A DNA stretch of 64,000 nucleotides from an uncultured Peptostreptococcaceae bacterium (GCA_964617505.1 CAZTZB010000006.1:2551-66550); one strand, 5' to 3'. Positions 30,304-39,515 are shown, counted from the first letter of the stretch. Notes: generated by a model not told the origin, from the letters alone. Numbers and translations are program-made.

Positions 30304-30318
30304 GCAAATTCCGTGCCA
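30304..30318 (-). promoter_or_regulatory. Sigma-54 (-24/-12) promoter of the Mrp/Mbh-like operon
   Basis: Minus strand reads TGGCACGGAATTTGC, which is TGGCAC-N5-TTGC with consensus GG/GC spacing. It lies 39 nt upstream of the mrpE ATG. Confidence 0.8.
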
Positions 30319-30395
30319 ATTACTGCCCTTTTACAAATCTTTTTCAAACCCCTTCAATTGCAAGCTGTTCGCACCTTTTAAAAGTAAAAAAAATG

Positions 30396-30435
30396 GCAAA
30401 TCAAACCCGTCAAAATATGAAGTGTTCTGATTTGC
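30396..30435. promoter_or_regulatory. 8-bp perfect inverted repeat: candidate enhancer (UAS) for the sigma-54 activator, or a weak terminator of the activator gene
   Basis: The sequence is GCAAATCA-N24-TGATTTGC, centred about 100 bp upstream of the -24 element. On the minus strand it is followed by a T8 run. Confidence 0.4.
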
Positions 30436-30472
30436 TACATTTATTCGGCATATACCAATATGTGATGTTCTA

Positions 30473-32488
30473 TTATAACACATATGTCCCGTTACGAGTC
30501 ATATGTATTTCGTATTCCTTCATCTTTCTATAAAGAGAACTTCTGCTTATTCCTAATATTCGTGAAGTCTTTGAAAGATTTCCTTGGGTTTCCTCGATAG
30601 TTTTACTGATTGCCATGCTTTCAATTTCACGGAGAGTGAAGAATTTCTTGTTTTGGGAATTAGGCTCATCCAAAAGATTCGTCGATTTCATGTATTGTGG
30701 AATATCTTCCACCGACAAGACTTCTCCTTCTTTTACAACACTTATTATCTGTTGCATTACATTTTGAAGCTCTCTAACATTTCCAGGCCATGGATATCCG
30801 CTCATCCTCTCATAGAAGGCATCCTCTATTCCTCTTATATCCTTCCCCATTTGCCCGCTGAATTTTTCCATAAAATAAGATATGAGAGGCTTGAAGTCTT
30901 TTTTTCTTTCCCTTAGGGCTGGAATCAATATAGGCATTACATTCAATCTGTAAAAAAGATCTTCTCTGAAATTACCTTTCTCCACTTCCCCCTTTAAATC
31001 CTTGTGCGTTGCAGCTATAACACGAACATCTACCGGAATCACATCATGACCTCCAACTCGAACAACTTCCTGTGTTTCAAGTACCCTCAGAAGATTGGCC
31101 TGGGTATCTAAGGGCATATCGCCTATTTCATCAAGAAAGATTGTTCCCCCGTCAGCTAATTCAAATTTTCCTGGATGACCCCCGCGTTTTGCCCCTGTGA
31201 ATGCTCCCTCAATATATCCAAACAACTCGCTGGCAACCAAATCTCGCGGTATAGCTCCACAATTAAGGAAAATAAAGGGTTGTTTTCTTCTTGGACCGGC
31301 ATTATGAATAGACTGTGCAAAAAGCTCCTTGCCTGTTCCGCTTTCTCCCTGCAAGAGCACAGTAGTATTGTATTGGGTCATTCCTTCGGCCGTTTTAATC
31401 GCTTTTTTTATCTCTTCACTTTCTCCCATTATATCTTTAAACGTAAAACGAGCCTGTGATCCGACAATCCTGTTTACAAGATTGTGCACCGTTTTGACTT
31501 CGTGGAATGTTAATATGACGCCTTCAAGAATATCTCTGTCGATATCCTTTATGGACGCTATGGTGGCTATGCAAACAACGCGTTTGCCGTTTTTAAGTAT
31601 GAATTCCAATTCCTCATTATTATAGTGCCCCTCTGCAATGTTTTTTCCTATGCTTTTCAAGCGGTCACCAATTTTTACCATTTGCCTAATATCTTTTCCT
31701 ACAATTTCTTTTTCTGTCCTTTTAAGAATATGCCGAGCAATAAGATTGACATCTGTAATGACGCCTTCATTGTCAATACAGATCAATCCTTCATTAATTT
31801 GCTCGATTATTGTTGAAAAATGATGGTTGGCAATCCTAAGCTGCCTATTTATCTTGTCAATTTTAAACTGCTTTTCAATAGCGACACTCGACGCCACAAC
31901 CATACCAAGTGTATGAAGATGCACCTTTTCGTAGGAGTCGGTCATGCTTAGTATTCCAAGCAATTCACCTTCCGCGTTTTTTATCGGACATGCCGAAGAG
32001 GTAAATTTATGGTACCTTTTGGCATAATGCTCGGCTGCAAACACCTGTATTGGCTTCCTCGTATCCAATGCTATTCCAATGGCATTGGTCCCAATAGTCT
32101 CTTCTTTCACATTATAGCCCTTATAAAGATTCAACTTTTTATATGCCTCAACCGAATCCTCATCTCCAAGACATTCCACAACGTATCCTTCCGGATCCGT
32201 AAGCCTGACCAAGAGGCCATGACTGCCCGCAATATTGTAGAGACTTTCCATAAATGGCTTGGCAATCCTAAGAAGTGGACGAAGCTGAAGCTCCCTGTCC
32301 TTAAGGGTTTTCGATTTTGAGTTTTCTTCTCCTTCCCCCATGGGATTGACCTGTTCTTTACGACTTCTGATCCAAGAATCGGCTATTTCTTTCCGTATTA
32401 TGTCATGATTTATGTCTCCACTTTCCATGAATTTTCGCCAAGCATCCTGGATTTGATTATTCCTATCATAAATCTTATTTACTGGCAT
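30473..32488 (-). CDS. Sigma-54-dependent transcriptional activator (bEBP) with AcoR-like N-terminal sensory region and PAS domain
   Basis: The AAA+ sigma-54 interaction domain has GESGTGKE (Walker A), the GAFTGA loop, FLDEIGDM and RVIAAT. The C-terminus is a Fis-type HTH (GNLSKTSRILGISRSSLYRKMKEY). Confidence 0.9.
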   Translation of the reverse strand: MPVNKIYDRNNQIQDAWRKFMESGDINHDIIRKEIADSWIRSRKEQVNPMGEGEENSKSKTLKDRELQLRPLLRIAKPFMESLYNIAGSHGLLVRLTDPEGYVVECLGDEDSVEAYKKLNLYKGYNVKEETIGTNAIGIALDTRKPIQVFAAEHYAKRYHKFTSSACPIKNAEGELLGILSMTDSYEKVHLHTLGMVVASSVAIEKQFKIDKINRQLRIANHHFSTIIEQINEGLICIDNEGVITDVNLIARHILKRTEKEIVGKDIRQMVKIGDRLKSIGKNIAEGHYNNEELEFILKNGKRVVCIATIASIKDIDRDILEGVILTFHEVKTVHNLVNRIVGSQARFTFKDIMGESEEIKKAIKTAEGMTQYNTTVLLQGESGTGKELFAQSIHNAGPRRKQPFIFLNCGAIPRDLVASELFGYIEGAFTGAKRGGHPGKFELADGGTIFLDEIGDMPLDTQANLLRVLETQEVVRVGGHDVIPVDVRVIAATHKDLKGEVEKGNFREDLFYRLNVMPILIPALRERKKDFKPLISYFMEKFSGQMGKDIRGIEDAFYERMSGYPWPGNVRELQNVMQQIISVVKEGEVLSVEDIPQYMKSTNLLDEPNSQNKKFFTLREIESMAISKTIEETQGNLSKTSRILGISRSSLYRKMKEYEIHMTRNGTYVL

Positions 32489-32531
32489 GAGAATCCCCTC
32501 TTCCTTCGCACTTCTACACCTATACTTGCTT

Positions 32532-32687
32532 TTAAGCTTCTTTATTTTTACTTATATATATATCCATCGCCTTTATTCCCCTATGAGCCAACTTCACAAA
32601 TAAAACAAAAGAATAAATCCAAAATACAATAAAAAATAGAAACAATACAATGTTAAATATCCCAAACCCAAGTCTAAACCCCAACAT
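32532..32687 (-). CDS. Unlisted small ORF: 51-aa single-TM peptide
   Basis: My translation is MLGFRLGFGIFNIVLFLFFIVFWIYSFVLFVKLAHRGIKAMDIYISKNKEA. An AGGAGG RBS lies 8 nt upstream of the ATG at 32687. It falls below the 60-aa cut-off of the ORF track. Confidence 0.4.
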   Translation of the reverse strand: MLGFRLGFGIFNIVLFLFFIVFWIYSFVLFVKLAHRGIKAMDIYISKNKEA

Positions 32688-32716
32688 TTTGCTTTTCCTC
32701 CTATTTACTATGTTTA

Positions 32717-32732
32717 TGTTTCACGTGAAACA
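32717..32732. other. parS: parS centromere-like site (perfect consensus)
   Basis: TGTTTCACGTGAAACA is a 16-bp perfect palindrome identical to the Firmicutes parS consensus. It lies 1 nt downstream of the spo0J stop. Confidence 0.9.
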
Positions 32733-32733
32733 A

Positions 32734-33609
32734 TTATTTTCTCAATAGATTCATTATCCTTTGAAATTCATCTACCCCATGATATGAAATCTCTATTTTA
32801 CCAACATTTTTTCTTCCATTCTTTATGTTTACTTTCGTTGAAAATCTCTCTCTAAGTTTTTCTTCCATTATAATAACTTCTGGATCACTGGCTACAGGTT
32901 TTTTATAGATTTTGTCCTCTTTATCATTCAATATTAATTTTACTTGACGTTCAGCTTCCCTTACTGATAATCCATTTTCAATGATTTTCTCCGAAAGCCT
33001 TTTTCTTTTTTCGCCAGAAGGCAGTCCTAGCAAGGTTCGACCGTGGCCTCCTGTGATTTTCCCATCAGATATCAATTCCCTAATTTCATCCTCTAACCCC
33101 AAAAGCCTTAACAAGTTTGCCACATAAGGTCTACTTTTTCCTGCAAGGTCTGACACCTTTTCCTGCGTTAATCCGTGTTCATCCATAAGTAATTTAAATG
33201 CCATGGCTTCCTCTATTGGGTTAAGGTCTTCCCTTTGAAGGTTCTCAATTAATGCAAGCTCCATTCTTTCAGATGGTTTTGCTTCTCTAATAATACAAGG
33301 AACACTTTTAAAATCCGCCTTTCTAGCGGCCCTATATCTTCTTTCTCCTGCTATTATTCGATAACCTTTTTCCTCTGCACTTACAATTATTGGCTGCATG
33401 ATTCCATGACTTTTTACTGACTTTACAAGCTCTTCTATTTTATCTTTATCAAAGTTTTTCCTTGGTTGGTTGGGATTTGTTTTAATCAATCCTATTTCTA
33501 TTTCGTGAATCCTTTCCTTTGATGAAACTCCTTCTTCTTTTTCTTCGATATCAGTTGCCGGAATTAGCGCATTTAAACCTCTTCCCAAACCACTTCTCTT
33601 TTTAGACAA
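32734..33609 (-). CDS. parB: Chromosome partitioning protein ParB/Spo0J
   Basis: The ParB N-terminal box is IIAGERRYRAA, and the HTH is GKSRPYVANLLRLLGL. Confidence 0.9.
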   Translation of the reverse strand: MSKKRSGLGRGLNALIPATDIEEKEEGVSSKERIHEIEIGLIKTNPNQPRKNFDKDKIEELVKSVKSHGIMQPIIVSAEEKGYRIIAGERRYRAARKADFKSVPCIIREAKPSERMELALIENLQREDLNPIEEAMAFKLLMDEHGLTQEKVSDLAGKSRPYVANLLRLLGLEDEIRELISDGKITGGHGRTLLGLPSGEKRKRLSEKIIENGLSVREAERQVKLILNDKEDKIYKKPVASDPEVIIMEEKLRERFSTKVNIKNGRKNVGKIEISYHGVDEFQRIMNLLRK

Positions 33610-34386
33610 TTAAACTTCCTCCTTTCCTTCTATTGCTAAGAATTCCGCAGCAAGCGCCTGATAGGCCTCTGCCCCACGCGATTTAGGATCGTATTCTGTA
33701 ATTGGAAGTCCATAGCTTGGTGCCTCTGCCAATCGAACATTCCTCGGTATAACCGTTTTGTAAACTTTATCCTTGAAGTATTCCTTTACTTCTTCAACAA
33801 CCTGAATGGAAAGATTGGTTCTTTTATCAAACATGCTTAAAAGCACCCCCTCTATTGATAGGGTGGGGTTGAGTTTATTCCTAATCAATCCAATTGTGTT
33901 CATCAATTGGCTTACGCCCTCTAACGCGTAATATTCGCATTGAATTGGTATCAAAACTCCATCTGCAGCTGTCAATGCATTCAATGTCAAAAGACCAAGT
34001 GATGGAGGGCAGTCTATAAATATATAATCATACTCTTTCTTTATTTTTTCGACAAGCTTCTTAAGCTTAAATTCTCGATCTTTTATTCCTGTTAACTCAA
34101 TTTCTGCACCCGCAAGTTGCATGTCAGCTGGAATCAAGTCTATATTTCTAAATTTAGACTTCATTATACACTTTTCTATTTCCTTATCGCCAAGCAAAGC
34201 GTCATAAATAGTGTTATTAAGGTATCTAGAGGCCTGACCAAACCCGCTTGTGGTATTTCCCTGGGGATCTATGTCTATTACAAGAATTCTTTTCCCCATC
34301 TTTCCCAAATTCGCTGTGAGGTTAATATTTGTAGTTGTTTTGCCGACCCCACCCTTTTGATTGAAAATGGCAATGACTTTTCCCAT
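33610..34386 (-). CDS. parA: Chromosome partitioning ATPase ParA/Soj
   Basis: It has the deviant Walker A (NQKGGVGKTTT) and IDCPPSLG. Confidence 0.9.
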   Translation of the reverse strand: MGKVIAIFNQKGGVGKTTTNINLTANLGKMGKRILVIDIDPQGNTTSGFGQASRYLNNTIYDALLGDKEIEKCIMKSKFRNIDLIPADMQLAGAEIELTGIKDREFKLKKLVEKIKKEYDYIFIDCPPSLGLLTLNALTAADGVLIPIQCEYYALEGVSQLMNTIGLIRNKLNPTLSIEGVLLSMFDKRTNLSIQVVEEVKEYFKDKVYKTVIPRNVRLAEAPSYGLPITEYDPKSRGAEAYQALAAEFLAIEGKEEV

Positions 34387-34612
34387 GAGTTACACTCCCC
34401 AATCTCTTATATATTTTATCTTTTCTCTCTATTATATTATAGATTATTTTTTGCTTCTTTATAAGTGAAAGCCCTACATTTTTTATCGTTTCGGAAAAAA
34501 GAGCAAACCCGAAGGATTTCATTATACAAAATATGCCCATCTTATCCCTTTTGCGTATTATATGCAAAATATATTGATTATTTAGCAAGCCCAAAATTAC
34601 TTTCTTGTTCTG

Positions 34613-34648
34613 TAAAAAAAAACAAAACCACATGCTTTGTAGTTTTGT
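34613..34648 (-). terminator. Rho-independent terminator after the noc-like gene
   Basis: Minus strand reads ACAAAACTACA-AAGCA-TGTGGTTTTGT followed by T9. The 5' arm overlaps the parS site by 3 nt. Confidence 0.75.
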
Positions 34649-34661
34649 TTCACGTGAAACA
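34646..34661. other. parS: parS centromere-like site (perfect consensus)
   Basis: TGTTTCACGTGAAACA lies between the noc-like stop and the soj promoter region. Confidence 0.9.
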
Positions 34662-34668
34662 TTTTATA

Positions 34669-35442
34669 CTATTTGTTAATTGGTATTTTTATCCTTATCT
34701 CATAATATATACCTTTTTCGCTCTCCTCATATTCCGCTTTAATTCCGGTCTTTAAAATTTCCTTGAATGCGTTCTTTATTGTATTTGTATATATTCTTAT
34801 GTTCATAGCCGACTTAAAAGTCTGTTTTTTGTCTTTCTTGTTTTCCTTTTCTATTATTTTTTCTATTGCCGACTCAGTTTGTCTCACATTTAGATCATTC
34901 TTAATTATTTTATTTATCATTTTGTCTCTATCTTTTTCACCTGTAAGCTTTAGCAGTGCTCTTCCATGCCTTTCTGTCAATCCATTGCTTCTTAATTCCG
35001 AAAGTTGCCCCTCAGACAACCTTAAAAGCCTAAGCTTATTGGCTATTGTGGATTGCTTCTTTCCTACATATCTTGCAATATCCCCTTGCTTCATATTATG
35101 GTCCAACATAAGCCTCTGATATCCTATTGCCTCTTCCACAAAGTCCAAATCCTCCCTCTGTAGATTCTCAACAAGGGCAACTATGGCAGAATCCTCATCA
35201 CTCATATTTTTCATAAGAACCGGAACATAATCAAGCCCGGCTTTTTCCGCAGCTCTAAGCCTGCGCTCTCCGGCAATCAACTCATACTTTCCATCTTTTT
35301 TCCTTACCGTAAGCGGTTGTATTACTCCATATTTTTTTATCGAGTCAGATAATTCACTCAGTGACTTCTCTAAAAAAATCTTCCTCGGCTGATGTGGGTT
35401 TGGTTTTATATCTATAGTTTGAACATAAATAATTTCATTCAT
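34669..35442 (-). CDS. noc: Noc-type ParB paralogue (nucleoid occlusion protein-like)
   Basis: It has the ParB box LIAGERRLRAA and a recognition helix GKKQSTIANKLRLLRL (Noc-type Q...K). The C-terminus NIRIYTNTIKNAF...YYEIRIKIPINK resembles B. subtilis Noc. Confidence 0.75.
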   Translation of the reverse strand: MNEIIYVQTIDIKPNPHQPRKIFLEKSLSELSDSIKKYGVIQPLTVRKKDGKYELIAGERRLRAAEKAGLDYVPVLMKNMSDEDSAIVALVENLQREDLDFVEEAIGYQRLMLDHNMKQGDIARYVGKKQSTIANKLRLLRLSEGQLSELRSNGLTERHGRALLKLTGEKDRDKMINKIIKNDLNVRQTESAIEKIIEKENKKDKKQTFKSAMNIRIYTNTIKNAFKEILKTGIKAEYEESEKGIYYEIRIKIPINK

Positions 35443-36170
35443 ATTTTATCTCCTTGAACAATCGGCTTTTTTGAAGGTGTTCCCGGCTTACGAGGGTACT
35501 TTCCTGGTGTTTCTGACACCTTTTCAATTACTATTATTTCATGTTGGCCTTCCATATAGGGATTTTTTATCAACACCCTATCCTTTACTATTCCTCCCAA
35601 TAATTTAATCGCGTATTTCGCTTCCTCAATTTCTTTGTCCGCTTTTGGTCCTTTCATTGATAAAAAGATTCCTCCTACTGAAAGAAGCGGCAAACAATAC
35701 TCGCTCAAAACAGCCAAATTAGCTACTGCTCTTGACACCGCCAAATCAAAGCTCTCTCTAAGAACACTGTCCCTGCCTAGCTCCTCAGCTCTTGAATGAA
35801 TCGCACTTATGCCAGAAAGCTCAAGTTTATCAATCACTTCCTGTAAAAATTTTACTCGTTTCCCCAATGCATCAGCCAAAACCCATTCGCCATTGCTGTC
35901 AAGTATCCTTAGTGGCAATCCCGGAAAGCCCGCTCCAGTTCCAACATCAATCATTCGCCTGGAATCGGAAAATCCTTCAATTTTCAAACAGCTTGCTGAA
36001 TCGAGAAAATGTTTAATTACAATTTCCCTTTCATCGGTTATTGCCGTCAAATTCATTTTGCCATTCCAATCCAAAAGCAATTCCATATAGCTTTCAAATC
36101 GACTCTCAATTTCATTCGTACACTTTATTCCCATTGAATCCAATCCTGAAGATAGCAGCTTTTTATCCAT
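35439..36170 (-). CDS. rsmG: 16S rRNA (guanine527-N7)-methyltransferase
   Basis: It has the SAM motif [13 protein letters not shown] and sits in the conserved position after mnmG. Confidence 0.9.
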   Translation of the reverse strand: MDKKLLSSGLDSMGIKCTNEIESRFESYMELLLDWNGKMNLTAITDEREIVIKHFLDSASCLKIEGFSDSRRMIDVGTGAGFPGLPLRILDSNGEWVLADALGKRVKFLQEVIDKLELSGISAIHSRAEELGRDSVLRESFDLAVSRAVANLAVLSEYCLPLLSVGGIFLSMKGPKADKEIEEAKYAIKLLGGIVKDRVLIKNPYMEGQHEIIVIEKVSETPGKYPRKPGTPSKKPIVQGDKI

Positions 36171-38052
36171 TATTTTTTGCCTTCCTACGATTTTGCTCTA
36201 GATAAATCATCAACACTGAAATATCTGCAGGCGAAACTCCGGATATTCTCGATGCCTGACCCACGGAAGTAGGTTTTATGCTATTTAGCTTTTGCTTTGC
36301 TTCGAGTCTTATCCCCGCTATTTTTAAATAATCAATGTCCGAGTTTAACCTCTTTTTTTCCAACTTTTTAAAACGCTCGATTTGCTGTTTCTGTTTTACA
36401 ATATATCCCTCATATTTTATTTCAACTTCAACTTGAGTAACTACCTGAGACGAAAGAACAGGGCGATTAATGTCTATGGCTCCCAGTTTTTTATAGTCCA
36501 GTTCAGGTCTCTTTAATAAATCATAAAGCGAAATTGAATTATTGACTTGAGCACTCACATTTTCATCCAAAAATTCCTTCAATTCTTTCGGTTTCTTCTT
36601 TACGCTTTTCATTCTTTCCATTTCTTCTTCCATTTGCTTCTTTTTGTTTAAGTATCTATCAAACCTCTCATTTGTTACCAATCCTAATCTTAAACCTTTT
36701 TCAGTAAGTCTCAAGTCGGCATTGTCTTGTCTTAAAACAAGACGATATTCCGCTCTAGATGTCATTATTCTATAGGGCTCATTCGTTCCTTTTGTTACTA
36801 AATCATCTATCAATACTCCAATGTACGCTTCAGAACGGTCAAGAACAAAAGGCTCTTCTCCTTTTATTTTTAAAGCTGCATTAATTCCGCTCATTAACCC
36901 TTGAGCCGCAGCTTCCTCATAACCAGAAGATCCATTTATTTGTCCTGCAAAGTACAAACCGTCTATTTTTTTGTATTCAAGAGTCAGTTTCAAGTCAGTA
37001 GGATCAATACAGTCATACTCTATTGCATATGCAGGCCTCATCAAATCAGCATTTTCAAGGCCCTTTATGGACCTGTAGAATGCTATCTGAACTTCTTCAG
37101 GCAGGCTTGTAGACATGCCTTGAACATACATTTCATCTGTATAAAGACCTTCAGGCTCTACAAAAAGCTGGTGCCTATCCTTTCCCGCAAATTTGACCAA
37201 TTTTGTCTCAATTGATGGGCAATATCTAGGCCCCGGACCTTCAATCTCTCCTCCGTACATAGCTGAGCGATTGATGTTGCTCAAAATTATTTCGTGGGTG
37301 TCAAGATTAGTATAACTTAACCAACACGGTACTTGGGGCGAGTCTAAATGGTCATTCATAAATGAAAAAGGAATGGTTTCCTTATCTCCCTCTTGCAAAA
37401 TCATCTTTGAAAAATCTATAGATGAGCTATTTACCCTTGCGGGAGTTCCCGTCTTGAATCTTCTAAGAGCTATTCCGCATTTTCTCATTGATTTAGACAG
37501 ATCTGTTGCCGCCCTTAAATCATTTGGTCCGCTTTCATAACTAACATCGCCAATAAATATTCTTCCCGCCAAAAAAGTTCCGGTAACAAGTATAACCGCT
37601 TTAGCTTTATACACAGCACCGGTTCTTGTTTTTATGCCCATAATTTGTCCGTTTTCTACTATGAGTTCAGTTGCCTCCGCCTGTTTAAGTTTGAGATTTT
37701 CCTGTTTTTCCATTACTTTTTTCATTTCTGTATGATATTTCTGCTTATCCGACTGAACACGCAATGAGTGAACAGCAGGCCCTTTTGCAGTATTTAGCAT
37801 CTTGCTTTGGATGAATGACTTATCGGCGTTTAGGCCCATTTCCCCTCCCAGTGCATCGATTTCTCTCACCAAATGGCCCTTTCCTGTTCCACCAACGGAT
37901 GGATTACAAGGCATCATGGCTACGGCATCTAGGGTTATAGAAATAACCAGTGTATTCATTCCCATTCGAGCAGAAGACAGCCCCGCCTCGCAGCCTGCAT
38001 GTCCTGCGCCAACAACTATTACATCATATTCTTCAGCAATAAAATTTTTCAT
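36163..38052 (-). CDS. mnmG: tRNA uridine 5-carboxymethylaminomethyl modification enzyme MnmG (GidA)
   Basis: [15 protein letters not shown] is the FAD motif, and the protein is GidA-like over its full length. Confidence 0.95.
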   Translation of the reverse strand: MKNFIAEEYDVIVVGAGHAGCEAGLSSARMGMNTLVISITLDAVAMMPCNPSVGGTGKGHLVREIDALGGEMGLNADKSFIQSKMLNTAKGPAVHSLRVQSDKQKYHTEMKKVMEKQENLKLKQAEATELIVENGQIMGIKTRTGAVYKAKAVILVTGTFLAGRIFIGDVSYESGPNDLRAATDLSKSMRKCGIALRRFKTGTPARVNSSSIDFSKMILQEGDKETIPFSFMNDHLDSPQVPCWLSYTNLDTHEIILSNINRSAMYGGEIEGPGPRYCPSIETKLVKFAGKDRHQLFVEPEGLYTDEMYVQGMSTSLPEEVQIAFYRSIKGLENADLMRPAYAIEYDCIDPTDLKLTLEYKKIDGLYFAGQINGSSGYEEAAAQGLMSGINAALKIKGEEPFVLDRSEAYIGVLIDDLVTKGTNEPYRIMTSRAEYRLVLRQDNADLRLTEKGLRLGLVTNERFDRYLNKKKQMEEEMERMKSVKKKPKELKEFLDENVSAQVNNSISLYDLLKRPELDYKKLGAIDINRPVLSSQVVTQVEVEIKYEGYIVKQKQQIERFKKLEKKRLNSDIDYLKIAGIRLEAKQKLNSIKPTSVGQASRISGVSPADISVLMIYLEQNRRKAKNNG

Positions 38053-38071
38053 AAGCTCCCCCCTTCAAAAA

Positions 38072-39448
38072 TCACTTGCCAAGACAAAATTCAGAAAAAA
38101 CCTTGTCGATTATATCATCTCCAACGGTTTCCCCTATAATTTCTCCAAGATAGGCGTAAGCGTTTTTAATATCAATTTCTATGAAGTCGTATGGCATTTT
38201 TTCTCGCGTGACTCCAATTGCATCTACTATGCTTGCAAGAGCCCTTTCAAGCGCATTCTTTTGTCTAACACTTGTTACAAGAGTGTCTCCCCTTTGGAAA
38301 ATCTCGCCTGAATAAACCATTTCAACTATTTTATCCTCTAGTTCATCAAGCCCTGATCCATTCAGAACAGATGCCCTTATGACAGCCTTGTCTCCAAGCA
38401 ATTTTTTTATCTCTTCTTCATCTATTTTGACATCGAGATCTGTTTTATTAATCAAAACTATGGCCTTCCTGCCCTTTACATACTCCATTATTTCTAGATC
38501 TTCTTCTCTAAGAGCTTCCCCTGCATCTAAAACAAGAATAATCAAATCAGCCTTGTTGAAATATGCCTTACTTCGCTGGACTCCCATTTTCTCGATCATA
38601 TCCTCAGTTTCGCGTATTCCCGCCGTATCGACTATCTTTAGTGGAATTCCTCTAATATTAAGGTGTTCCTCTATTATATCGCGTGTTGTTCCCGGAATAT
38701 TTGTAACGATAGCTCTTGCTTCCTGAAGCATTGCGTTTAACAAAGAAGATTTACCAACATTGGGCTTACCAATAATAACCGTCTGCAATCCTTCACGCAT
38801 TATTTTTCCCGTTTCTGCCGTTCTAAGCAATTCTCTTACGTCTTTTTCTGCAGCCTCTTCAAAAGCCAATATCTCATCATATGTTATATCCTCGATATCC
38901 TCCTCAGGATAATCGATTCCAACTTCAATCTGTGCAAGCATTGCTAGAAGCTTGTTTCTTATTTCCCTTACCCTCTTTGAAAGGCCGCCTTCAAGCTGGT
39001 CAAGCGCAATTTCATAGCTTTTGTCAGTTTTTGCTCCTATCAAATCCATAACTGCTTCAGCTTGAGCCAGATCAAGTCTTCCATTTAAAAATGCCCTTTT
39101 TGTAAATTCTCCACGCTCTGCTACGCGTGCTCCTTTTTTCAAGGCCATTTCAAGTATTTTTCGTGAAGGCACAAGCCCTCCATGACAGTCTATTTCAGCA
39201 ACATCCTCTGCAGTATATGTCCCGGGTCCTTTCATATATACAGCCAAAACCTCGTCGATCCGCTCTTTTCCGTCAGAAATAAAACCGTATACCAGTTTTC
39301 TCTGTCCATATTCCCTAATACTTTCTCTTCTCTTCGGTTTAAACAAAGCATCTAGAATATCAATAGCCTTCGACCCGCTGATTCTTACAATACCGATTCC
39401 CGCCTCTCCCGGGGCTGTAGAAATCGCCGCAATGGTTTCATCAAACAT
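38072..39448 (-). CDS. mnmE: tRNA modification GTPase MnmE (TrmE)
   Basis: DTIAAISTAPGEAGIGIVRISG, the G1 motif GKPNVGKSS, and the C-terminal FCLGK are all present. Confidence 0.95.
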   Translation of the reverse strand: MFDETIAAISTAPGEAGIGIVRISGSKAIDILDALFKPKRRESIREYGQRKLVYGFISDGKERIDEVLAVYMKGPGTYTAEDVAEIDCHGGLVPSRKILEMALKKGARVAERGEFTKRAFLNGRLDLAQAEAVMDLIGAKTDKSYEIALDQLEGGLSKRVREIRNKLLAMLAQIEVGIDYPEEDIEDITYDEILAFEEAAEKDVRELLRTAETGKIMREGLQTVIIGKPNVGKSSLLNAMLQEARAIVTNIPGTTRDIIEEHLNIRGIPLKIVDTAGIRETEDMIEKMGVQRSKAYFNKADLIILVLDAGEALREEDLEIMEYVKGRKAIVLINKTDLDVKIDEEEIKKLLGDKAVIRASVLNGSGLDELEDKIVEMVYSGEIFQRGDTLVTSVRQKNALERALASIVDAIGVTREKMPYDFIEIDIKNAYAYLGEIIGETVGDDIIDKVFSEFCLGK

Positions 39449-39469
39449 ATTTTCACCTCTCTAATAAGC

Positions 39470-39497
39470 AATAAAAACCCAGCGGCAACTGGGTTTC
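39470..39497 (-). terminator. Rho-independent terminator after jag
   Basis: Minus strand reads AAACCCAG-TTGCCG-CTGGGTTT followed by TTAT. Confidence 0.7.
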
Positions 39498-39515
39498 ATC
39501 GACATATCTATCTTC

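Noticed and set aside
30441-30490. An ATGTG...CACAT inverted repeat around the EBP stop codon, considered as an alternative enhancer site.
   Set aside because: The arms are only 5 bp and the interior is non-complementary. It is much weaker than the 8-bp repeat at 30396..30435.
34322-34633. A 103-aa minus-strand ORF in the noc-soj intergenic region, and a 96-aa plus-strand ORF at 34465..34755.
   Set aside because: The 103-aa ORF begins inside the noc terminator, spans the soj promoter region and overlaps the 5' end of soj out of frame. It has no RBS and an implausible composition. The 96-aa ORF spans the noc terminator and parS and runs antisense into noc.
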